In this document: piece after piece, positions 22,346-32,312 of the stretch
Layout: every line of letters begins with the position of its first letter
Position numbering within the stretch: position 1 is the stretch's first letter
Source of the DNA: Gemmatimonadaceae bacterium
GTDB taxonomy: Bacteria > Gemmatimonadota > Gemmatimonadetes > Gemmatimonadales > Gemmatimonadaceae
Length of the DNA: 60,103 nt
Assembly (NCBI GenBank): GCA_044224875.1
Contig: JBGAJQ010000029.1
Location: 1 to 60,103 of the forward strand
Direction of reading: 5' to 3'
Program-made: the position numbers and the translations under genes
The notes under the pieces: generated by a model
Database searches by the model: none
The model's input: the letters and a program-made list of their open reading frames with translations, nothing else
What the model was told of the DNA's origin: nothing

Positions 22346-23725
22346 ATGATCCGTGATGACCCGCAGGGGGCCGGCGGAACGGCGGTTGTCAGGGGCGGCG
22401 TGACCGACGGTCGCGTCGTGGCCGCCGACGTGCTCGGCGACTTGCGAAGCGGCATGCTCCTGGACGCCGCCTTCGATCGGCGCGCGGCACCCATGGACGC
22501 GCGAGATCGGCGATGGACGCAAGAGCTTGTGTTCGGCACCCTTCGACGCCGCGGCTGGATAGACGCCGTGCTCGATCGGTGCGTACGCGGCGGGCTCTCC
22601 CGCATCGATCCCGAACTCACGGACGTGCTGCGCCTCGGTGTCTACCAACTGCTCTTCATGGGCAGTGTGCCGCCGTATGCGGCGATTGCACAAAGTGTGG
22701 AACTCGCCAAGCAACGGCGGGGCATTGGCGCCAGCAAGCTCGCCAACGCCGTGCTTCGGCGCGTGGACCGCGAGCGGTCAGACCTGCGGCCCGAAAGCGG
22801 CGTGCAGGATCCGGTCGAGGCGCTGGCCATCACCCACTCACATCCCCGATGGTTGGTCGCTCGCTGGGTGCAACGGTGGGGCATCGCCCACACGCGACAA
22901 TTGCTCGATGCGAACAACACCGAGCCACCACTGATCGTGCGTCCGTTCGGCGTGGTACGGGAGCAGCTGGAGGCATCACTGGAGCGCAGCGGCGTCACCT
23001 GCGAAGATGCGCCGTTGGTGCACGACAGCGTACGTCTCGTGGGACCGCTGGCGCTGACGGAGCTCGGTGCGTTCCGCCAAGGGATGCTGTTTGTGCAGGA
23101 CCCGGCGGCAACATTGGTTGCCAAGTACGCCGCCTTCGAGGCGAATGGCGTCGTGGCGGACCTCTGCGCCGCGCCGGGCGGAAAGGCGCTGGAACTGTCG
23201 CATCGTGCGGCGCTCGTGGTCGCTGGCGATCGCGCCGCCAGTCGATTGGGCCGCCTTCGAGAGAATGTGCTTCGTCTGGACGCTCGAAATGTCCAGCTGG
23301 TGGCCATGGATGCGCGCGAACCAGCGTTAGGCATGGTGGATGGCGTGCTGATCGACGTCCCGTGCACGGGAACGGGAACGCTGCGCCGTCATCCGGATGC
23401 TCGATGGCGCCTCAAGGTGTCGGACCTCGCCGTCATGGCCACCACCCAGCGCGCCATCCTCGAGTCCGCGTCTGCGATCGTTAGGCCTGGCGGCCTGCTG
23501 GTGTACAGCACGTGTTCCCTGGAGCCCGAGGAGAATGATGCGCCGGTGGACGCCTTCCTGGCGCGGCATCCCGAGTGGACCCTGGAACCGCCGCCGGAGC
23601 ACACCGTACCCGAGTCGGTGATCGACGCCGGCCGGCTTCGCGTACTTCCGCATCGCCATGGGGTCGACGGGGCCTTCGCGGTGCGCCTGCGGCGCCTCGA
23701 CGTGCCCGGTACCCTGGCGGCATGA
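22346..23725 (+). CDS. rsmB: 16S rRNA m5C967 methyltransferase RsmB/Sun
   Basis: NusB-like N-terminus, SHPRWLV, VQD, DLCAAPGGK, DVPCTGTG, YSTCS. Confidence 0.93.
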   Translation: MIRDDPQGAGGTAVVRGGVTDGRVVAADVLGDLRSGMLLDAAFDRRAAPMDARDRRWTQELVFGTLRRRGWIDAVLDRCVRGGLSRIDPELTDVLRLGVYQLLFMGSVPPYAAIAQSVELAKQRRGIGASKLANAVLRRVDRERSDLRPESGVQDPVEALAITHSHPRWLVARWVQRWGIAHTRQLLDANNTEPPLIVRPFGVVREQLEASLERSGVTCEDAPLVHDSVRLVGPLALTELGAFRQGMLFVQDPAATLVAKYAAFEANGVVADLCAAPGGKALELSHRAALVVAGDRAASRLGRLRENVLRLDARNVQLVAMDAREPALGMVDGVLIDVPCTGTGTLRRHPDARWRLKVSDLAVMATTQRAILESASAIVRPGGLLVYSTCSLEPEENDAPVDAFLARHPEWTLEPPPEHTVPESVIDAGRLRVLPHRHGVDGAFAVRLRRLDVPGTLAA

Positions 23726-24447
23726 TCTCGCCACGCCTGCGATCGGCCCTGCGGTACCTGGCTCTGGCCGCCGCGGGATTTCTGCTCGGCTACCTCATCA
23801 TTGCCTTGTTCGTCTTTCCGAACGACGGAGTCGACGACGGTGTCAAGGTGCCGGCCGTCGTCGGCATGTCCTACGATGACGCGGTGAAGCGACTCGCCGC
23901 CATCGGACTCAAGGCGTCGTTAGGCGAATCCAGGGTCAGCGCATCGGCGCCCAAGTCCCGCGTCCTGAGTCAACGCCCGGCCGGCGGTCTGGATGCCACC
24001 CGCGGGTCCACCGTACTGCTCGACGTCAGTGCCGGTCAACAACGCGCCACGGTCCCTTCGATCGCGGGCCAGGCGCAGGACGCCGCCACCGCGGCCCTGG
24101 CCAGCGCGGGATTGGCGTTAGGCGACATCACCGAGCAGAACGCCGACCAACCCCGTGGCACCGTCCTCCAGCTTCGCCCCGATGCCGGGCAGGTCGTCCC
24201 CGCCGGAACTCACGTCGACCTGGTGATCTCAGCCGGCCCTGCCTTGCTCACCATGCCCGAGGTCATTGGCAGGGAATTGTCCGAGGCGCGACTCATGTTG
24301 GAGCAGTTGGGCGTGGAAGTGGCGCCGGTGGAGTATGATTCCTCCAGCTCACTCCCGCGCGGTTCTGTCATCTCGCAGTCTCCATCGGCGGGTTCCAGCA
24401 TTCCCACGGGCACTGCCGTCGTCCTTCGCGTGGCCGGAAGACCATGA
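23722..24447 (+). CDS. Membrane-anchored PASTA-domain protein (3 PASTA repeats, no kinase domain)
   Basis: N-terminal TM helix; repeats begin VPAVVG, VPSIAG and MPEVIG, each followed by a Q-x-P-x-x-G motif. Confidence 0.88.
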   Translation: MISPRLRSALRYLALAAAGFLLGYLIIALFVFPNDGVDDGVKVPAVVGMSYDDAVKRLAAIGLKASLGESRVSASAPKSRVLSQRPAGGLDATRGSTVLLDVSAGQQRATVPSIAGQAQDAATAALASAGLALGDITEQNADQPRGTVLQLRPDAGQVVPAGTHVDLVISAGPALLTMPEVIGRELSEARLMLEQLGVEVAPVEYDSSSSLPRGSVISQSPSAGSSIPTGTAVVLRVAGRP

Positions 24448-25109
24448 CCGTTCGCATCGCCCCCTCGATCCTCAGCGCCGACTTTGCCCACCTGGGTGAC
24501 GACATCGCCATGTGCGTGGAAGGCGGCGCCGACTGGATCCACATCGATGTCATGGACGGCTGCTTCGTGCCCAACCTGAGCTATGGCGCCAAGGTCATCG
24601 AAACGGTGCGTCGGCTCACGACCCTGCCGCTCGACGTGCACCTGATGGTCGTGCAACCGGAGAAATACTTCGAGAGCTTCGCTGCCGCCGGCGCCAATGT
24701 GCTCACGGTGCACCAGGAGGCCACCCCGCACCTTCATCGTCAGCTCCATCGAATCCGTGAGCTGGGGTGCCGGGCAGGCGTCGCCTTGAACCCGTCGACG
24801 CCGGTCGACACGCTGCAGGACGTGGCGGCGGACCTCGACCTGGTGCTCGTCATGACCGTGAACCCGGGGTTTGGGGGGCAGTCCTTCATTCGATCCGCCA
24901 TCGACAAGGTCCGGCGCACGCGCGCGATGCTCCGCGCCATCGGAAGTCAGGCCGCCGTGGAGGTCGACGGTGGGATCGCTCGCGACACCATCGCCGAATG
25001 CTGGCGCGCCGGTGCCGACACCTTCGTCGCCGGCAACGCCGTATTCGCCGCGCCTGACCCACGCGCCGAGATCCGGGCCCTGCGCGCATTGTGCATGGAG
25101 CAGGTGTGA
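24444..25109 (+). CDS. rpe: Ribulose-phosphate 3-epimerase
   Basis: IAPSILSADF, HIDVMDG, DVHLM, VMTVNPGFGGQ, EVDGG. Confidence 0.97.
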   Translation: MTVRIAPSILSADFAHLGDDIAMCVEGGADWIHIDVMDGCFVPNLSYGAKVIETVRRLTTLPLDVHLMVVQPEKYFESFAAAGANVLTVHQEATPHLHRQLHRIRELGCRAGVALNPSTPVDTLQDVAADLDLVLVMTVNPGFGGQSFIRSAIDKVRRTRAMLRAIGSQAAVEVDGGIARDTIAECWRAGADTFVAGNAVFAAPDPRAEIRALRALCMEQV

Positions 25110-25708
25110 CCACACGCCAGCTCCTGGCGTTTGCCCTGGCGGCGATCGGCGTCGCGGTCGGCGGGTACGTCGTCGGTGGCCGCCTCGGCGGACTGCGCGT
25201 ACCACCGCAGGTTGCCAAGGGAGCGATGGCGCCCGACTTCCAGGGCGCCGTGACGCTCGACATCCCCCCGCGCCCGCGAAACATCACGGATTACCGTGGC
25301 GATGTCGTGCTGTTGAACCTGTGGGCGACGTGGTGTGGACCGTGCGAGGTCGAAATGCCGAGCATCGAGTCCCTGCATCGGCGCTTGCGCGACCGTGGCC
25401 TGCGCGTGGTAGCCGTCAGTGTCGACGATCCGGGGAATGAAGCGCGTATTCGCCAGTTCGTTGCTTCCCATGGGCTCACCTTCGAGGTCTTGAACGAAGG
25501 CAGCGGCCAGATCGAGAACGACTACCAGACGGCGGGGATTCCCTCCACGTACCTGATCGATCGCCAGGGTGTGATTCGCCTGAAGGTCATCGGCGCCGCT
25601 GACTGGGATGCACCTGAGCGACGCGCGCAGATCGAGTCGGTGCTGGCCGAACGAGGAGGTCGTGCCTCGACTCGTCCAAGCGCTTCCACCGCGAAGAATT
25701 CGCCATAG
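25106..25708 (+). CDS. TlpA/ResA-family thiol-disulfide reductase
   Basis: N-terminal TM helix, LNLWATWCGPCEVEMP, IPSTYLIDR; GTGA overlap with rpe. Confidence 0.9.
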   Translation: MTTRQLLAFALAAIGVAVGGYVVGGRLGGLRVPPQVAKGAMAPDFQGAVTLDIPPRPRNITDYRGDVVLLNLWATWCGPCEVEMPSIESLHRRLRDRGLRVVAVSVDDPGNEARIRQFVASHGLTFEVLNEGSGQIENDYQTAGIPSTYLIDRQGVIRLKVIGAADWDAPERRAQIESVLAERGGRASTRPSASTAKNSP

Positions 25709-25709
25709 C

Positions 25710-26750
25710 ATGACGCGCGTCCTCGGCATTGAAACGTCGTGCGACGAGACGTCGGCGGCCGTGCTCGACGAACGCGATGGCATCGTGACCACGAAGTCGA
25801 TCGTCATCCTGTCGCAGGATGTACATCGCGTGTTCGGCGGTGTCGTGCCGGAAATCGCCTCGCGCGCCCACATGACGTCGATCGTGCCCGTGGTCGATCA
25901 GGCGCTGGCCGACGCCCATGTGTCGTTAGGCGACGTCGACATCGTGGCGGTCACCAACGGCCCTGGTCTGGTGGGCGCGCTCCTGGTTGGTGTCAGTTAC
26001 GCCAAGTCGCTCGCCTTTGGCGCCAGCAAGCGACTGATCGGTGTGCATCACATGGAGGGACACCTCTTTGCCACCTCCCTCGAGCACCCCGAGGCCGTGC
26101 CACCGTTCACTGCCTTGCTGGTCTCCGGCGGTCACACCATGCTCATCGACTGCCCGTCGTGGGGCGAATACCGACTCCTCGGCCGCACCCGAGACGATGC
26201 AGCCGGCGAGGCCTTTGACAAGGTGGCCAAGCTCCTCGGGCTACCGTATCCAGGCGGGCGACCACTCGAAATGCTGGCCGCACAAGCCCATGCTTCGCAT
26301 GTCCGGTTCACCAGACCCATGCTGCGGCGCAACCAGCAACCGACCGACGACGACTACTACGACGTCTCGTTCAGCGGCATCAAGACGGCCGTCCTACTCG
26401 AGGTGCAAGCGTCGACGGACATCGAACGCGACCGCGCGGGAATCGCCAAGGCATTCCAGGACGCCATGATCGATACCCTCACCGAGAAGACCCTCCGCGG
26501 CGCCCGTGCCTTTGGACGATCATGCATCGTGCTGGGCGGCGGCGTGGCATGCAACGGTGCCCTGCAACGCACCATGGCAGAACGTGGGGCCGCCGAGGGG
26601 GTACGCGTGTTCGCGCCGTCCCCACGTCTGGCCACCGACAATGCAGCCATGATTGCCAGGGCTGCCCTCTTTCACGCCGGCCGCGGCGCGCAAGATTCCT
26701 GGAACCTGAACGCCTACGCGACCCTGCCGATCCCCGGCCTTGTCACCTAA
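25710..26750 (+). CDS. tsaD: tRNA t6A37 threonylcarbamoyltransferase TsaD
   Basis: LGIETSCDET, GGVVPEIASRAH, HHMEGH, VSGGHT, DDAAGEAFDK, TDNAAMIA. Confidence 0.97.
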   Translation: MTRVLGIETSCDETSAAVLDERDGIVTTKSIVILSQDVHRVFGGVVPEIASRAHMTSIVPVVDQALADAHVSLGDVDIVAVTNGPGLVGALLVGVSYAKSLAFGASKRLIGVHHMEGHLFATSLEHPEAVPPFTALLVSGGHTMLIDCPSWGEYRLLGRTRDDAAGEAFDKVAKLLGLPYPGGRPLEMLAAQAHASHVRFTRPMLRRNQQPTDDDYYDVSFSGIKTAVLLEVQASTDIERDRAGIAKAFQDAMIDTLTEKTLRGARAFGRSCIVLGGGVACNGALQRTMAERGAAEGVRVFAPSPRLATDNAAMIARAALFHAGRGAQDSWNLNAYATLPIPGLVT

Positions 26751-26756
26751 CGATTC

Positions 26757-27614
26757 ATGAACCCCATCATTCATCATCCGCTCGAGGTTCGGTTGGGACC
26801 GTTGAACCTAACGGGCTTCGGCCTCGCCGTGTTCCTCGCTTACGCCATCTCCCAGATCATCTGCCAGCACGAACTGGAACGGCGCGGACGAACCGCCGAA
26901 GCCGCGGCTATTCCCGACCTCATCCTCGCGTCGGTGCTCGGCATGCTGGTCGGAGGAAAGCTGTATTACGTCCTGGTCATCACCCACAATTGGCGCGACC
27001 TGATTTCACGCGCCGGGTTCGTCTTCTGGGGTGGCTTGATCGGCGGCGTCGTGCTGAATTGGCTCTACATCACCTACAAGAAGCTCCCCTTCGCGCGCTT
27101 TGCCGACGTCGCGGGCATTGCCATCGCCGCCGGCTACGCCGTCGGTCGCACCGGCTGTTGGGCAGTCGGTGATGACTACGGTCGCCCGTGGAACGGCCCC
27201 TTGTCCGTCGCATTTCCCCAAGGTTCACCGCCGTCGACCGCCGGCATCATGAACCAGATGTTTGGCACGCCCATCCCGTCAGGTGCATCGCCGGACACCA
27301 TCATCGCCGTGCACCCCACGCAGCTCTATGAGACGGCGATGGGACTGGTCATGTTCTTCATCCTCTACCGGCTACGCGGTCACAAGCACGCCGAGGGGTG
27401 GTTGTTTGGCGTGTATTGTGTGTTGGCTGGCATCGAGCGATTCATCGTCGAGTTCTTTCGCGCGAAGGACGACCGTTTCTTCGGACCGCTGACGGCCGCT
27501 CAAGTGATCGGGCTCGCCATTGCCGCGGTAGGGCTGGTAGTCATGGCCGCGCGCCGCAACGTGGGTCCAGGAAAGCCGGGCATCTCCGCCGTGCCACACC
27601 CCTCGGCGACCTAG
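26757..27614 (+). CDS. lgt: Prolipoprotein diacylglyceryl transferase
   Basis: Multi-TM, GRTGC, HPTQLYE, RFIVEFFR. Confidence 0.9.
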   Translation: MNPIIHHPLEVRLGPLNLTGFGLAVFLAYAISQIICQHELERRGRTAEAAAIPDLILASVLGMLVGGKLYYVLVITHNWRDLISRAGFVFWGGLIGGVVLNWLYITYKKLPFARFADVAGIAIAAGYAVGRTGCWAVGDDYGRPWNGPLSVAFPQGSPPSTAGIMNQMFGTPIPSGASPDTIIAVHPTQLYETAMGLVMFFILYRLRGHKHAEGWLFGVYCVLAGIERFIVEFFRAKDDRFFGPLTAAQVIGLAIAAVGLVVMAARRNVGPGKPGISAVPHPSAT

Positions 27615-29809
27615 TCGCGGAGTGTCACGCTCTCGGATACACCCTGTTCGATCGACGACACACGCTTTTCCAGGTTGGCCAGTCGCTCCTGGATGGACTC
27701 CACCCGCTCCTGCGCCACGGCATCCGCCGGCATCGTGGGAAGCGACACGGCCCGCGTCGGCCAGAAGGTCCGCAGTAGCGCAAACACGAAGAGGGCAAGG
27801 AGAACGAGCTGAGCCAGCAGGGTCTCGACACTGGGGAAAATCCCCATCGCGTCCACGTGCGGCCAACCTGGCAGCACCGTGATGGACATGACGTCGCCCT
27901 CCTGCAGCTCCCGAACGCCCTTGCCCACGAACACGAACGCCATGTAGTAGAGCAACGCACTGGTGACCGCGAAGAAAGGTCGCAGCGGGATGCGTACGCC
28001 GTAGCGATAAAAGAGCACGAAGATGATCGACAGGATGACCGCACCGATCACGATGCCTAACGCAAGCGGACCGGCGAGTGAACTCCCTTCGTGAAAAAGC
28101 GCCTGGTAAAACAGCGCGGTCTCGGCCCCCTCGCGGTATACGGCCAGGAATGCCACGAACGCCAGCGCCTTGCCCCCACCGTGCTCCAACGCCGTGTTGA
28201 CCTTTTCCCGGATGAACTGCTGCCACTTCGCAGCTTCAACCTTCGAGATCAGCCAGTAGCTCACCGAGAACAGCACGGCCACCGCCACGAGGAGTGTCAC
28301 GCCCTCGATGATCTCGCCACTCGCCGGTACGGCGGACAACAACGTGGAAAGGGCAATCGCCGTTGCCGCACTCGCCAGCAGCGCGCCGCCCACTCCCCAC
28401 CAGATCGAGCGCAATCGCTCGCGATGCCCGGTCTTGAGAAGGAACGCGACGATCGCGCCAATCACGAGGATCGCCTCAAATCCCTCCCTCACGATGATCA
28501 GAAGCGATTGGAAGAACGCGCCCCATGCACCCTTGGGCGGCTCCGTGAGCTGGACGATCGCGGGGAGTCCAGCTTCGATCGCATTGCGCGAGCGCTCGGC
28601 TTCACGAAGCGACAACGCCTTGATTGCCCCCTTGAAGTCGGCAAAGTGTCGCTCCATCGCGCCCACCATGCCGGGATTCTTCGCGCGGGCGGGCGTTTCC
28701 AGCGGTTCGAAGGCGATGTACGCATCGAAGGCCCGGTCACCGGCGTCCGCCTTGTTCCCGCTGCGCGCCGCAGCCAGCGCCTCGTCAAGCAGCGTCAGGA
28801 CCTGCTGCGCCGCGACCGGCGCATTCATCGCCGTGTCGGTCGCCGGGCGCCGCGTCGGCGTATCGCGGAGCGCGAGACGGCGTACGTAGTGCACCAACTG
28901 CTCGACGTCCGCCTCCTCCAGGTCGCGAGCGCCTGGCATAGATGTGCCAGCGATCCCGGCGCGGATCGCCTGCGCCAGCTGGGCATCGCTGCGTTCCGAC
29001 TGCCACCCAAACGACGACAACTCGGCGGGTAGCTTGCCTAACGCCGCGCTCATCGGTCCGTCCGATCCACCGGATGTGCCATGGCACGCTGCGCAACGCT
29101 GGATGAACAGTCCCTCGCCCTCTGGAGCCGGCCCTGCGGTCGTTCCTCGCATCGCCTGGAGATACCAGACGACGTCCCAGCGTTCGTCCGGCGTCAGCGC
29201 GTTCCCGAACGCGGCCATTTGCGTGCCGGACACCCCGACGGACACGATGCGGTATTGGATCGCCGGTGTGCGGTCGCGCATCGCCACGGAATTTCCCAAG
29301 GGCGGTGGCTTGGGCGTGAGCCCTTTGGCGTCTGGCCCGTCGCCCTGCCCGGTGGCTCCGTGGCAGCGCGCACACTGGGCCGCGTAGGTGGTGCGACCGG
29401 CAGCCAGGTCGATGGGACGCGTGGGCAGGTCCAACGCGGCGTCCTCGCCGAGCGCCTCCATGAACCGCGCGTGCCAATCGCCAATCGTGGTCGGCAGGGC
29501 TCGGCGACCCATCAGCGCGGCCAACGAATCGAGCGCTATGCGCGCGCTGTCGGCACGTGCTCCGCTCAATCGCGAAGCGGACTCCCGGGCGTCGCCCAGA
29601 AAACTGATCGCTTCGTCGAGTTCCTGTTGGGATACCAAGGCGCCCTTCGCATCAACGCCTTTGCCGTACTCCTCAACGGCCACACCAACGATGCTCGCGA
29701 TGCGCTTCGCTGGTCGTTCCTGCGCCCGCGACGTTCCCCATGGCGCCAGCGCGAGCACGACCAGCGCGGCGAGTGGAGAATGATAGATGAGAATGTTTCT
29801 CAAGCGCAT
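27611..29809 (-). CDS. Di-haem cytochrome c / FTR1-family iron permease fusion (PbrT-like)
   Basis: Signal peptide, two CxxCH motifs (CARCH, CAACH), FTR1 REGxE motifs (REGFE, REGAE); start placed at ATG 29809. Confidence 0.88.
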   Translation of the reverse strand: MRLRNILIYHSPLAALVVLALAPWGTSRAQERPAKRIASIVGVAVEEYGKGVDAKGALVSQQELDEAISFLGDARESASRLSGARADSARIALDSLAALMGRRALPTTIGDWHARFMEALGEDAALDLPTRPIDLAAGRTTYAAQCARCHGATGQGDGPDAKGLTPKPPPLGNSVAMRDRTPAIQYRIVSVGVSGTQMAAFGNALTPDERWDVVWYLQAMRGTTAGPAPEGEGLFIQRCAACHGTSGGSDGPMSAALGKLPAELSSFGWQSERSDAQLAQAIRAGIAGTSMPGARDLEEADVEQLVHYVRRLALRDTPTRRPATDTAMNAPVAAQQVLTLLDEALAAARSGNKADAGDRAFDAYIAFEPLETPARAKNPGMVGAMERHFADFKGAIKALSLREAERSRNAIEAGLPAIVQLTEPPKGAWGAFFQSLLIIVREGFEAILVIGAIVAFLLKTGHRERLRSIWWGVGGALLASAATAIALSTLLSAVPASGEIIEGVTLLVAVAVLFSVSYWLISKVEAAKWQQFIREKVNTALEHGGGKALAFVAFLAVYREGAETALFYQALFHEGSSLAGPLALGIVIGAVILSIIFVLFYRYGVRIPLRPFFAVTSALLYYMAFVFVGKGVRELQEGDVMSITVLPGWPHVDAMGIFPSVETLLAQLVLLALFVFALLRTFWPTRAVSLPTMPADAVAQERVESIQERLANLEKRVSSIEQGVSESVTLRD

Positions 29810-29843
29810 CCCGAGTGAATCTATCGGACTGAGCGTGGGCGTG

Positions 29844-30230
29844 CTACCCGGAATTCTCCAATACGACAACAGCCGCTGCGCTGAGGTCTGTGTGTGTAAG
29901 CGAGCAGTGGGTGCGCACCACACCCAGTTCATCGGCGCGCGCGGCGGCGCGTCCGTGAAAGGCCAGCCCGGGACGTCCCAGCGCATCGCGTGTCACCTCG
30001 ATCTCGCTCCACCCGATGGCGCGGGCCTCTTCACTGCCGCTGAGCGCCTTGAAGGCCGCCTCCTTCGCGGCGAGTCGTGCCGCCAGATGCAACGCCGGCT
30101 TCGCCTTCGGCATGGCGTAGGTGCGCTCGGCCTCGGTGAACAGGCGCTGCAGCATGCGACCGCCGTGCTCGGTAAGCATGCGCTGCACGCGGTCGATGTC
30201 GACCACGTCGATCCCGATGCCGATGATCAC
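29844..30230 (-). CDS. acpS: Holo-[acyl-carrier-protein] synthase
   Basis: IIGIGIDVVDIDR, LAARLAAKEAAFKAL, GRP, SLTH; start at GTG 30230. Confidence 0.93.
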   Translation of the reverse strand: MIIGIGIDVVDIDRVQRMLTEHGGRMLQRLFTEAERTYAMPKAKPALHLAARLAAKEAAFKALSGSEEARAIGWSEIEVTRDALGRPGLAFHGRAAARADELGVVRTHCSLTHTDLSAAAVVVLENSG

Positions 30231-31039
30231 GGATTCAGCAAGGAGGTCAGGGTCAATAGGGCGATCGCCGCACCACCACCCGGCCCCCGGCGGCGACGAC
30301 GGCGACGTACCGGTGCCACTGGCGACAGGTCCTCGAGGAGCGGACGCACGGCCAACCAACAGCGATCCGCCTCGGCAAAGACCGTTCGCGCGCGTGCCGC
30401 CCACATCCTCCACGCCACGAAGCGCTCGGCATCTGGCGCACGGCGCAGCTCCTCGGCCGAGGCGCCTAACGAAACCAAGGCGTCGTGCAAACCCTCGGCC
30501 TCGTCCAACACCCGTGCCTCCAGCGACCGCCGAAGCGCCGCCGTGTCAGAGGCCCGCTCTGCGACCAGATCGCGCAAGACCGACGTGGTCTGGTGGCGAA
30601 GATCTTCGGCATCGAAGGCGGCCAGTCGCCATTCCACCTCGCGTTGCTCTTCCAGCCGCCGGCGCGCCGCCAGCAGCGGTGCGAAGAACCGTCCTTGCAG
30701 CATGGCGTCGCCTCCGTGCCGTGACCCGAGCGCCCGCAAGCCGATCGTGAGCTCCGGCAAGGTGCACGCTCGCTCCTGGACGGTGAGCCACGCCGCATCG
30801 ACCCCTGGCGCCGCGAGCGCGACCAGCTGGCCCTGCTGCGCATACAACGTCAGCGCCCCCGACCGGAGGTCGGCGCCCAAGAGCACGTTGTAGCCAATAC
30901 GAATCACACTGGCCGCACCGGTGACTTCGACGACGAGGTCGTGCTCGTACAATCGCAGCCGCCCGCGACCGGCATAGTCCTCGCCGTTCCACGTCAACTG
31001 CAACATCACATCGCGGACGTCCACCTGGCCGTCAGGCAT
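30227..31039 (-). CDS. Hypothetical protein (~270 aa)
   Basis: Overlaps both operon neighbours; start placed at ATG 31039; no recognised motif. Confidence 0.65.
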   Translation of the reverse strand: MPDGQVDVRDVMLQLTWNGEDYAGRGRLRLYEHDLVVEVTGAASVIRIGYNVLLGADLRSGALTLYAQQGQLVALAAPGVDAAWLTVQERACTLPELTIGLRALGSRHGGDAMLQGRFFAPLLAARRRLEEQREVEWRLAAFDAEDLRHQTTSVLRDLVAERASDTAALRRSLEARVLDEAEGLHDALVSLGASAEELRRAPDAERFVAWRMWAARARTVFAEADRCWLAVRPLLEDLSPVAPVRRRRRRRGPGGGAAIALLTLTSLLNP

Positions 31040-31625
31040 CGTCGAGCGAATCGCGAAAGTCACCCCGCGCCTCGCGCTCGCTGATTGCCGCGCGCGTTCC
31101 CGTGCGCGCCTCGAACCGGCGGACGAATGCCGACACGCGTTCCGTCGTGAACCCGTCGCGCTCGAGGTCCAGCACCTGGATCGCCGCCTCGATGCCCTCG
31201 GGGCTTCCCTCCACCTCCACAAGGACGTCCATGCGCGGATAGCGTTCCAGGCGTACGTGGGCATCATGCAGCTCGTACACGCGAATAGCACGGTCGATTT
31301 CCCTCGTGACGACGAATCCAAGTCGTTGCAGCATGGCGGCGCAGACCTCTCCGTCCTCCACCGCCAGGCTCAACTCGTCGCGATGCTTGTAGCCATCCTC
31401 GTACGACGTGGGGCCCTTCAGGTCGAGCTGCGCCGTCGTGCCCGCCGAACCGCGCGTCACCCGAATGCGTAACACCTCGTCCCGGGCGAATAAGGCACGC
31501 TCGGGTGTGTCGAACCGACGATCCGTGATATGACCCACGAACGACAGGCGAGCGCCTGCCTGTTCGAGCCGACGGATCGCCGCCGCCTCATCCGGCACGA
31601 GGCCCTTCAGTTCCGTCTCACGCAT
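31032..31625 (-). CDS. CYTH-domain protein (class IV adenylate cyclase / triphosphatase family)
   Basis: ETELK (ExExK), LRIR, LDLKGP, RDE, LVEVEG. Confidence 0.85.
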   Translation of the reverse strand: MRETELKGLVPDEAAAIRRLEQAGARLSFVGHITDRRFDTPERALFARDEVLRIRVTRGSAGTTAQLDLKGPTSYEDGYKHRDELSLAVEDGEVCAAMLQRLGFVVTREIDRAIRVYELHDAHVRLERYPRMDVLVEVEGSPEGIEAAIQVLDLERDGFTTERVSAFVRRFEARTGTRAAISEREARGDFRDSLDDA

Positions 31626-32310
31626 CGGCGATTGCCGCCAGGACCGCCGCGGTATCGGCAAGGTCGGGAAATACGAACGCCGGTTCGTGGCTCGCCAACT
31701 CCGCCACCGTGTACTGCCCGGTGGCCACGGCAATGGCTCGCGCCCCGACCGGGCGACCACACGCGATATCCGACGGCGTGTCGCCCACAATGATCACCCG
31801 ATCGCCCTCGAAGTCCACACCCAGGGCGTCACGCGCACGGGCCTGCGCAATACCCGGCAGCTCGGAACGAACCTCGTGGTCGGACCCAAACGCCGTCACG
31901 CGAAACTGGGACGGGTCGATGCCGACGGCGCGAAGCTTCAGGTCCGCTCCCATCGCAATGTTGCCAGTCAACAGTCCCACCACCCGATCTGCCTGCGGTC
32001 GGAGTGCCTCCAACAGCTCAAAAACGCCAACATACACGCGTGCTTGAATCGCCGGACTGGCGAGTTCCAGTTGCAGCTGCTGAAGGTACATCGCCTCCAC
32101 CGTGGGCAGCTCCGCATCGATCTCGGTGTCCGAATAACCGGCTGCGCGCATCTGCTCCCGCACGATCTGGCGGTCGGTCTTGCCGTCGTAGCGATAACCA
32201 GACGCGCCCGCCGTGCCAAACCGGGCAAACAGCGCGTGCTCCATGGCACGTCGGCCGGCGCCGTCGCTCGACAAGAGCGTTCCATCGATATCGAACAGGA
32301 TCAGTTTCAC
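31618..32310 (-). CDS. HAD-superfamily hydrolase
   Basis: ILFDIDGTL, LLTGN, VGDTPSD; start at GTG 32310. Confidence 0.9.
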   Translation of the reverse strand: MKLILFDIDGTLLSSDGAGRRAMEHALFARFGTAGASGYRYDGKTDRQIVREQMRAAGYSDTEIDAELPTVEAMYLQQLQLELASPAIQARVYVGVFELLEALRPQADRVVGLLTGNIAMGADLKLRAVGIDPSQFRVTAFGSDHEVRSELPGIAQARARDALGVDFEGDRVIIVGDTPSDIACGRPVGARAIAVATGQYTVAELASHEPAFVFPDLADTAAVLAAIADA

Positions 32311-32312
32311 GT

